This document shows positions 57,015-64,000 of a stretch of DNA of 64,000 bases, piece after piece; the stretch's first letter is position 1; each line of letters begins with the position of its first letter. Below the pieces are notes generated by a model. That model saw only the letters and a program-made list of their open reading frames with translations, was not told the origin of the DNA and made no database searches. Where the stretch lies: NCBI GenBank assembly GCA_934747385.1, contig CAKVGK010000002.1, positions 66,436 to 130,435 of the forward strand, written 5' to 3'. The translations under genes and the position numbers were made by a program. Source of the DNA: an uncultured Clostridia bacterium. Its GTDB lineage: Bacteria > Bacillota > Clostridia > Christensenellales > UBA1242.

Positions 57015-58826
57015 ATGGATATTGTGTTGGACAAAGTTAAGCGCCTGCCAAACGACCCAGGCGTGTATATAATGAAAGACGTTGACGAAAATGTGATTTA
57101 TGTTGGCAAAGCCAAAAATCTCAAAAAGCGTGTCAGCCAATATTTTTTGCGAAAGCAAGACCACATTAAAGTGCGTAATATGGTTGCCAAAGTGTGCGAT
57201 TTTGATTTTTTTGTGGTCAATGACGAAATGGAAGCGTTGGCTCTTGAAAACAACCTAATAAAAAAACACAAACCTTATTACAACATATTGCTTAAAGACA
57301 GCAAAACTTACGCTTATATCAAGGTCAATTTAAAGGAAGATTATCCGCGCTTTTCAATCAGCCGCAAACTCAACAAAAATGACAAATATTTTGGGCCATA
57401 TTTGGCTGGGGTAACTGCCAGAGATGTGCTTGAAATTATGGATTACGCTTTTTCACTTCGCAAATGCAAACTTCCATTAACCGAACATGGCAAGCCAATC
57501 AAACCTTGTTTGTTTTACGAAATGCATTTGTGTTCAGCACCTTGCGCAAAAAATGTTTCAAAGGCAGACTATCGTAAAATTGTAGATGAGGCTATCAACT
57601 TTTTGAAAGGGGACACCAAACAAGTTGAAAAAGTGTTAACCGAAAAAATGACACAAGCCAGCGCAGGTGAAAACTTTGAAGTTGCATTGAGTTTGCGTGA
57701 CCGCCTAAAAATGCTTGAAAAGATGAAAGCGAAGGTTATCACCAGCCTTGGCAGTTTGGTTGATTATGACGTGTTTAAATTGGCAACTTCTGGCGACTTT
57801 TCTGCAATGTGCGTTCTTGCTGTGCGTGGTGGCAAATTGCAAGGCATACAGACTTTTGACATCTTAAATTTTTTGGACGAAACCGAAGCATACACGCAAT
57901 TTATTATGCAGTATTATTCCACACACCCAATTAATGTGGACGAAATCATTATGCCAGAAATAGACACAGCGGAAATTGAAATGTTTTTATTAGACAAAGC
58001 GGGCAAAAAAATCACCATAACAAAGCCAAAAATTGACAGTGTTAAATATAAACTGCTTGATATTGCCACCAAAAATGCTCAAATTCATATGGAAAAAAAC
58101 TTGGAGCGCGCTGTTAAGCACGACAACGCAAGCATTGGGGCAGTTAATCAATTGAAAAAGGATTTAAATTTATCTCGTGCACCAAAACGTATTGAGTGTT
58201 ACGATATTTCCCACACCTATGGCACTTACACAGTTGCAAGTATGGTTGTGGTTATAAATGGCGAAAAAGCACCACAAATGTACCGCAAATTTAAAATCGA
58301 AACAGTTGATTTTATTGATGACTTTGCATCAATGAAAGAAGTTTTAACTCGCCGCATGGAAAAGCTGTCTAGTGACGATATCAGTTTTAGTTCAATGCCA
58401 GATTTGATTGTTATTGATGGTGGCAAAGGGCAGTTGAGTTCTGCCTATGAAGTGTTAATAAACTACAACTATCCAAACGAACTTGTCAGCCTTGCAAAAC
58501 GAGAAGAGGAAGTGTTCAAACCAAACATTTCACGCCCATTTATTCTTCAAAAGGGCAGTTATTCACTCAGATTGTTGCAACTTGCACGTGACGAAGCCCA
58601 CCGCTTCGCAATCACATTCAACCGCCAATTACGTGGCAAAGGCGCATTCCGTGGCGGGCTGGAAAGTATTTCAGGCGTTGGTCCAGCCACAAGGCGAGCA
58701 CTTTTGCGCCAATTCAAAACGATCGAAAACATCAAAAACGCCACACTTGAACAACTGGAACAAACCCAAGGAGTAACCAAACCAACCGCCAAACTCATCT
58801 ATCAACACTTCAAAAAAGACCAATAA
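57015..58826 (+). CDS. uvrC: Excinuclease ABC subunit C
   Basis: GIY-YIG (PGVYIMKD..IYVGKAKNLKKRV), UVR domain, endonuclease V-like domain and a C-terminal (HhH)2. Confidence 0.95.
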   Translation: MDIVLDKVKRLPNDPGVYIMKDVDENVIYVGKAKNLKKRVSQYFLRKQDHIKVRNMVAKVCDFDFFVVNDEMEALALENNLIKKHKPYYNILLKDSKTYAYIKVNLKEDYPRFSISRKLNKNDKYFGPYLAGVTARDVLEIMDYAFSLRKCKLPLTEHGKPIKPCLFYEMHLCSAPCAKNVSKADYRKIVDEAINFLKGDTKQVEKVLTEKMTQASAGENFEVALSLRDRLKMLEKMKAKVITSLGSLVDYDVFKLATSGDFSAMCVLAVRGGKLQGIQTFDILNFLDETEAYTQFIMQYYSTHPINVDEIIMPEIDTAEIEMFLLDKAGKKITITKPKIDSVKYKLLDIATKNAQIHMEKNLERAVKHDNASIGAVNQLKKDLNLSRAPKRIECYDISHTYGTYTVASMVVVINGEKAPQMYRKFKIETVDFIDDFASMKEVLTRRMEKLSSDDISFSSMPDLIVIDGGKGQLSSAYEVLINYNYPNELVSLAKREEEVFKPNISRPFILQKGSYSLRLLQLARDEAHRFAITFNRQLRGKGAFRGGLESISGVGPATRRALLRQFKTIENIKNATLEQLEQTQGVTKPTAKLIYQHFKKDQ

Positions 58827-58891
58827 AAATAATAAAATTAGCAGACAAACAAAAAGTTTGCTAATTTTTTTAAAAAAGTTTGCAATTTTTG

Positions 58892-58920
58892 TTGACAAAC
58901 GGATATAATAGTGATATGAT
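58892..58920 (+). promoter_or_regulatory. Sigma-A promoter of the ctsR operon
   Basis: TTGACA, 17 nt, TATGAT. Confidence 0.7.
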
Positions 58921-58931
58921 AAAAGCGTAAA

Positions 58932-58948
58932 GGTCAAAGAAAGTCAAA
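58932..58948 (+). promoter_or_regulatory. CtsR operator (direct heptad repeat)
   Basis: GGTCAAA-GAA-AGTCAAA matches the published CtsR box consensus (A/G)GTCAAANAN(A/G)GTCAAA. It starts 12 nt after the -10. Confidence 0.85.
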
Positions 58949-59046
58949 CAATTAAGTTTGGCGTTCTTAATCAAAAAGGCAAAGCAAACAAAGTTTGGCT
59001 TTTACATAACAAAATAAAAAAACAAGGATAGTTAAAGGAGGGAAAA

Positions 59047-59508
59047 GTGAACAAAAGCGTTAGTGATGTGATTGAAGAATTTATTATGTCAAGTTTGGAC
59101 GATGACAATTTTATTGAATTGTCCCGCAACGACCTTGCAAAATTCTTTTCTTGTGTGCCAAGCCAAATCAACTATGTGCTCAACACAAGGTTTACGGTCA
59201 ATCGTGGCTTTGTGGTGGAAAGTCAGCGCGGTGGCGGCGGTTACATCAAAGTTACTCGTGTGCAAGATAATGATGGAAACTTTTTGAATAATTGCTTAAA
59301 AATTTGTGGCGAACCGTTGTCTTATTTGCAAGCAAGCCAAATTTTAACCAGTTTAACAGAAAAAAACATCATAACAGAGCACGAAGCAGATTTGATTAAG
59401 GCTGCAACAAACACAAAAGCACTCAACAATCCCTTGAACTTTGACAACACCTTGCGCAGCAATATTATTTCCAGTGTTATTTTGGAACTTATGAAAAGGG
59501 GTAAATAA
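59047..59508 (+). CDS. ctsR: Class III stress gene repressor CtsR
   Basis: GTG start after aaaggaggg. DIIE.FI......IELSRNDLA..F.CVPSQINYVL.TRFT...G..VES.RGGGGYI. Confidence 0.92.
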   Translation: MNKSVSDVIEEFIMSSLDDDNFIELSRNDLAKFFSCVPSQINYVLNTRFTVNRGFVVESQRGGGGYIKVTRVQDNDGNFLNNCLKICGEPLSYLQASQILTSLTEKNIITEHEADLIKAATNTKALNNPLNFDNTLRSNIISSVILELMKRGK

Positions 59509-59567
59509 AAAAAGAAGTTTAGTGTTTAAAATTTTAACCAAAACAAAAATTATAAAAGGAGATTAAT

Positions 59568-60074
59568 ATGAAAAATTGTGATAAATGCGGTAAACCAGCA
59601 GTTTACCATTCAACATTGATTGTAAATGGAGTTAGCCAATCAACAAATTTGTGCCGTGATTGTGCCATTAAAGAAGGCGTTTTTAACAGCCAACCAACAA
59701 GCATTTTTGATGATTTCTTTGCTCCGTTTGCAGATTTCTTGCCATTTGAAAAAGTGGAAAATTTGGTTTGTCCAGTTTGCAAAACCAGTTTAAGAGAGTT
59801 TAAATCAACCTTAAATGTTGGTTGCCCAAATTGCTATGAAACTTTCAGCAAAGAATTGAACAATATGGTCAAACGTATTTCTCGCCTTGACCACCACAAA
59901 CCAGAAGTTGGCTTTAAACCAGAAAAGGCAGAAAAACAAGCAAAACCTGCCACAAAGCAAGAAAAAATTGAAGCGTTGCGTGCCGAGATGAAACAAGCAA
60001 TTGCGGAAGAAAGGTATGAAGACGCTGGCAAGTTGAAGAAAAAAATTCAAAAATTGGAGGCAGATAATGAATAG
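59568..60074 (+). CDS. mcsA: McsA (zinc-finger/UVR-domain activator of McsB)
   Basis: Four CxxC pairs (CDKCGK, CRDC, CPVC, CPNC) and a C-terminal UVR motif EERYEDAGKLKKKI. Confidence 0.8.
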   Translation: MKNCDKCGKPAVYHSTLIVNGVSQSTNLCRDCAIKEGVFNSQPTSIFDDFFAPFADFLPFEKVENLVCPVCKTSLREFKSTLNVGCPNCYETFSKELNNMVKRISRLDHHKPEVGFKPEKAEKQAKPATKQEKIEALRAEMKQAIAEERYEDAGKLKKKIQKLEADNE

Positions 60075-60972
60075 TATAATTCAAACAAAAATTTCAGTAT
60101 TTAGAAATTTGAAAGATTATAAATTTATGCCAAAATTGGAACAAGAAAAGTATGCTGAAATTGAGCAAAAAGTGGACGATGCATTAAGCAATTTAACCAA
60201 AATCAATCCAAACAACACAAATCAACACACTTTGAATTTTTTAAAGCAAAACAAATTGCTCAATTCAAATGCAAAAGCGGTTTATTTGAACAAAGAAAAT
60301 GTTGCAGTCAATTTGTTTAGTGGCGAACACTTGTGCGTTGTGGCATCATGTTTGGGTTTTGATGAAAAGTTAAACCAAAAAGTTGCCGCTGTTGTGTCTG
60401 CAATGGAAAGTAAACTCAACATGGTTTATAGCGACCAATATGGATATCTTATGAGCAACATCAAAAACCTTGGTTCTGGAGTGCAAGTTGAAAGCACAAT
60501 TAGTTTGGTTGGTCTGGTTGAAATGGGCAAAATTGGTCAAGTTTGCCAAAATATTAAAAATTTGGGCTATCAAATTGAAAAAGTTGATGGCACAAATTAC
60601 AAAGTTTCCACAATTTGTTCACTAGGCTTGACTGCAAGCGAAACATATTTGGAATTTGGCAAAACACTCACAAAACTTGCCGAACTTGAAACTGAAAGCG
60701 AAAAAATGCTTTATTCAACCAACACAGAAGAAATCACTGACAAAGTGTATCGCGCATTGAGTTTGCTTGGTGGCGCTTATATGTTGTCGTTTGACGAATT
60801 AAAAACAAACTTAAATTTGTTGCGTGTTGGCTCAAATTTGGGCTTGGCAAACATCAAAGCAAGTCAAATTGATGCTTTGCAATCACTTGTAAACTCAAAA
60901 TTTGACCAATTTACAACAAAACAAGAACAACTTGAATTGGCAGAAAAAGTTAAAGATATTTTAAAAAATTAA
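60067..60972 (+). CDS. mcsB: McsB-like protein (phosphagen-kinase fold, active-site signature degenerate)
   Basis: Position in the ctsR operon. ISVFRNLKDYKF (compare RIRLARN...F). GYLMSNIKNLGSGVQVES stands in place of GYLTSCPTN(V/L)GTGLRAS. Only 301 aa. Confidence 0.65.
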   Translation: MNSIIQTKISVFRNLKDYKFMPKLEQEKYAEIEQKVDDALSNLTKINPNNTNQHTLNFLKQNKLLNSNAKAVYLNKENVAVNLFSGEHLCVVASCLGFDEKLNQKVAAVVSAMESKLNMVYSDQYGYLMSNIKNLGSGVQVESTISLVGLVEMGKIGQVCQNIKNLGYQIEKVDGTNYKVSTICSLGLTASETYLEFGKTLTKLAELETESEKMLYSTNTEEITDKVYRALSLLGGAYMLSFDELKTNLNLLRVGSNLGLANIKASQIDALQSLVNSKFDQFTTKQEQLELAEKVKDILKN

Positions 60973-60991
60973 TATAAAAGGAGATGATTTT

Positions 60992-63508
60992 ATGTATAAT
61001 TTAACCGATTTAGCAAACAGATGTATTCAAACTGCATCAAAAATAGCAAGTGAATACGGCAATGAAGTTGGCACAGAACACGTTTTGTATGCTTTAACAA
61101 AAGTGGAAAGTAAATCCAGCCGATTGTTAAAAGCCTATCGCGTTGATGCTGACTTGATTAAACAAGTGCTTGAAAGTATGCCGGGCGGCATTCCAAGCAG
61201 CGTGGTGGAACTCACTCCACGCACAAAAGAAATGTTGATGATTGCTGGCAGCGTTGCAAAGCGCACACATTCAGCTTACATTTCAACCGAACACCTTTTG
61301 GTTGCGTTGCTCAGTCAAGACGATAGTTATGCAATCAATATTTTGGCAGGAGTTCTTAAACTTAACGTTTATGAAATGCGCAACAAAGCAATTGGCTTGA
61401 TTGCAAACAACAACGACAACAGCGCGCAACAAAATGAATTTAACAGCGATGGTTTTGTGCAAGTTGGCAACATGTCAAACGGCAGCAAGCCACAAAAACA
61501 AGAGTACACAAGTCAACTTCCAGCAGAGTTGCTTGAAATGGGCTCTGATTTAACTTTGCGCGCAAAAAACGGCAAAATAGACCCAATCATTGGCAGAGAT
61601 AACGAAATTGAGCGTATGATTGAAATTTTGTGCCGCAAAACCAAAAACAACCCAGTGCTTATTGGTGAAGCGGGCGTGGGCAAAACCGCAGTTGTTGAGG
61701 GCTTGGCTCGCAGGATTGTGGCTGGCGATGTGCCTGCGTTCCTTAAAAACAAAACCATTTATAGCCTTGACATTGGCGGGCTTATGGCTGGCACAAAATA
61801 TCGTGGCAGTATGGAAGAAAAACTTAAAAATGCCATTGATATGATAACTCAAAACAAAAATATCATTGTGTTTATTGATGAAATTCACACCTTGGCACAA
61901 GCAGGCAGCGAAAAAGGCGAAACAAACCCAGCAGATATGTTAAAACCATACTTGGCTCGTGGTGAAATGCAAACTATTGGTGCAACAACCACAGACGAGT
62001 ATCGCAAATATATTGAGCAAGACAAGGCTTTGGAACGTCGTTTCCAACCAATTACAATTGACCCTCCAACAGTTGAACAAACAATTGAAATTTTGCGTGG
62101 TCTTCGTGATAGTTATGAAGCGTTTCATAATGTTAAAATCACAGACGAGGCAATCAGTGCTGCTGCAAATTTAAGCGACCGTTACATTCAAGATAGGTCT
62201 TTGCCAGACAAAGCAATTGACTTGATTGATGAAGCGTCCAGCAGGGCAAAAGTAAAACAAAATTACGACAGCCCAAAACTTAAAGAGATGAAAGAAAAGC
62301 TTGTGAAACTTGAAGCGGAAAAAGACGACGCTGTAAATCAAGAAGATTTTGAGCGCGCATCAAAACTTCGCGACCAAGTTGCAAAATTAAAACAAGAAAT
62401 AGAGCAACTTAGCAATTTGCCAGCAACCAAAGAGGCAGCATCTGCTGTTGTAACAGAGCAGGACATTGCAGAGGTTGTAAGCAAATGGACACATATTCCA
62501 TTAACCAAACTTACCGAAGGCGAAGCAGAAAAATTGCTTAACCTTGAAAAAGTTTTGTGTGAACGAGTTAAAGGTCAAGATGAAGCGGTTGAGAAAGTTG
62601 CAAAAGCAATTCGCCGCAGCCGTATTGGTATTCGTGACCCTAAACGCCCAATTGGCAGTTTCTTGTTCCTCGGCCCAACAGGTGTTGGTAAAACCGAACT
62701 TAGCAAAGCACTTGCCGAAGCATTGTTTGACGACGAAAACAAAATCATTCGTCTTGACATGAGTGAGTTTATGGAAGCACACAGTGTCAGCAAGTTGATT
62801 GGCAGCCCTCCAGGGTATGTTGGCTTTGACGATGGCGGACAATTGACCGAACAAGTGCGTCGCAAACCTTATAGCGTTGTTTTGTTTGATGAAATTGAAA
62901 AAGCACACCCAGAAGTGTTTAATATGCTTTTGCAAATTTTGGACGATGGCAGATTGACAGATAGCCACGGCAAAGTTGTAAGTTTCAAAAACACAATCAT
63001 CATTTTGACTTCAAACATTGGCAGCGACAAATTGTATAAAAACAATGTTGACCTAGGTTTTAAAGACGGTAAGGAAAAATCAGCAGAAGACAAACAAGCC
63101 GTTATGCTTGCCGAACTTAAAAAATATTTCCGCCCAGAGCTTATTAACCGTATTGACAACATTGTTGTGTTCAACAAATTGTCTGCTCCAGTTATGAAAG
63201 AAATCGCAAAGAAAATGCTTGCCGAACTTAATAAAAATTTACGTCAAAGTGGGGTAGAATTAAAGTTCACAAACTCAACCTTAAATTACCTTGTTAAAAA
63301 TGGCACAAATGACGACTTTGGTGCACGCCCATTGAAGCGTCTTATCACAAGCAAAATCGAAGATGATTTGGCAGATAAAATGCTCAAAGGCGACATAAAA
63401 TCTGGCGACAAAGTTGTTGTGGATTACAAGGACGATAAACTCGTTTTCTTGGTTAAAACGGACGACAAAGCGGACGAGGAAGCTGATTCAAATTCATCAT
63501 CAAAATAA
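60992..63508 (+). CDS. clpC: ATP-dependent Clp protease ATP-binding subunit ClpC
   Basis: Clp N repeats, two AAA+ modules ([18 protein letters not shown]), UVR linker ([10 protein letters not shown]). Confidence 0.96.
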   Translation: MYNLTDLANRCIQTASKIASEYGNEVGTEHVLYALTKVESKSSRLLKAYRVDADLIKQVLESMPGGIPSSVVELTPRTKEMLMIAGSVAKRTHSAYISTEHLLVALLSQDDSYAINILAGVLKLNVYEMRNKAIGLIANNNDNSAQQNEFNSDGFVQVGNMSNGSKPQKQEYTSQLPAELLEMGSDLTLRAKNGKIDPIIGRDNEIERMIEILCRKTKNNPVLIGEAGVGKTAVVEGLARRIVAGDVPAFLKNKTIYSLDIGGLMAGTKYRGSMEEKLKNAIDMITQNKNIIVFIDEIHTLAQAGSEKGETNPADMLKPYLARGEMQTIGATTTDEYRKYIEQDKALERRFQPITIDPPTVEQTIEILRGLRDSYEAFHNVKITDEAISAAANLSDRYIQDRSLPDKAIDLIDEASSRAKVKQNYDSPKLKEMKEKLVKLEAEKDDAVNQEDFERASKLRDQVAKLKQEIEQLSNLPATKEAASAVVTEQDIAEVVSKWTHIPLTKLTEGEAEKLLNLEKVLCERVKGQDEAVEKVAKAIRRSRIGIRDPKRPIGSFLFLGPTGVGKTELSKALAEALFDDENKIIRLDMSEFMEAHSVSKLIGSPPGYVGFDDGGQLTEQVRRKPYSVVLFDEIEKAHPEVFNMLLQILDDGRLTDSHGKVVSFKNTIIILTSNIGSDKLYKNNVDLGFKDGKEKSAEDKQAVMLAELKKYFRPELINRIDNIVVFNKLSAPVMKEIAKKMLAELNKNLRQSGVELKFTNSTLNYLVKNGTNDDFGARPLKRLITSKIEDDLADKMLKGDIKSGDKVVVDYKDDKLVFLVKTDDKADEEADSNSSSK

Positions 63509-63572
63509 TTTAGAATTTTAATTCAATTTGCTTTTTCAAAATGTCAAAATTAAAAAAATAAATAGAAATTAT

Positions 63573-63607
63573 AAAAAAAAGTAGGCTTGTGTGCCTGCTT
63601 TTTTTTA
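63573..63607 (+). terminator. Intrinsic terminator after clpC
   Basis: aaaaaaaa-gtaggc-ttgtgt-gcctgc-ttttttttt. Confidence 0.65.
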
Positions 63608-63868
63608 TTGCTAAAAATAATAGAAATCTTTTTTAAAATAAAATATATTCTAATTTATCAAAGTTAAAAAATTTTTAAAAAACACAAAAAAAATTAAATA
63701 AAATTAGCAAAAACGCTTAAAATGAAGTATTTTTTAATATTTTTTGCAATTTCAATTAAAATTTTTAAATTTTTTCGATTAATAATGAAATTAAAATTAA
63801 AAAAAATTTTATTGTTGTTTATAATAAAATATATTAATAAAAGTAATTATTTTTAAAATAAAAAACAA

Positions 63869-64000
63869 TTAGCAAAATAAACTGCCGTTTTCAAGTTTGT
63901 AAATTTTAAAATTTTTAAAACATTTTTGTGTATTTTTTCCTGCTGCAACAATCATGGTTTTGGAGGCAGTGTCTTCAATGATTTTGTTTGCCAAGTCAAA
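63869..64000 (-). CDS. 3' end (43 codons and stop) of an unidentified minus-strand gene that runs off the window
   Basis: Hand translation of the reverse complement: FDLANKIIEDTASKTMIVAAGKNTQKCFKNFKIYKLENGSLFC*. No family assignable from this fragment. Confidence 0.3.
   Translation of the reverse strand, partial: FDLANKIIEDTASKTMIVAAGKNTQKCFKNFKIYKLENGSLFC

Noticed and set aside
63633-63662. dif-like sequence. The reverse complement aaattagaatatattttattttaaa shares TAGAATATAT with the B. subtilis dif core.
   Set aside because: The XerD arm lacks the conserved ATG(T/A)AA(A/C)T pattern and the XerC arm matches poorly. Matches like this are easy to find in ~90% AT DNA. The surrounding genes (ctsR-clpC, rpoBC, dnaX-recR) are typically origin-proximal, not terminus-proximal.

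Overview
This is a 64-kb chromosomal segment from a low-GC Gram-positive-type genome (Bacillota-like gene content and order). Hand counts of a few 60-nt lines give about 40% GC in core genes. Most of the window is housekeeping:
- addB (3' part)-addA
- mrnC-rlmB-sigH-dnaX-ybaB-recR
- secA
- hflX
- rpoB-rpoC
- rsmI-yabB-like-yaaT/ricT-holB (minus strand)
- greA
- dnaE-whiA-PHP-murB (minus strand)
- uvrC
- a complete ctsR-mcsA-mcsB-clpC operon with a textbook CtsR operator
- tRNA-Ala(TGC) and tRNA-Ile(GAT)

I recognised no transposase, integrase, phage gene, CRISPR array, cas gene or rRNA gene. The parts that look accessory or unexplained are:
1. A three-gene cassette between rpoC and a 1301-aa surface-protein gene. 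It encodes a Lys-rich 82-aa protein, a HicB-fold protein with no HicA partner and no DNA-binding domain, and a 175-aa orphan. Clusters of degenerate REP-like repeats bracket it.
2. A dispersed ~100-nt element present twice in opposite orientations. One copy sits next to a relic copy of the last 20 codons of an MBL-fold hydrolase gene.
3. Duplicated 3' ends of both tRNA genes a short distance downstream of each gene, which look like att-type scars, plus a highly structured tRNA spacer.
4. A locus with three PlsC-like acyltransferases and two GT8 glycosyltransferases.
5. A 13-Cys, 69-aa hydrophobic mini-protein next to a leaderless (no signal peptide) subtilase-like protein.
6. A low-GC ABC-F ATPase gene.
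7. A small ORF and a perfect hairpin inserted between rpoB and rpoC.
8. A McsB homolog that has lost the phosphagen-kinase active-site signature.

None of these is a demonstrated new system. The HicB-fold/orphan cassette and the repeat families are the best candidates for follow-up.
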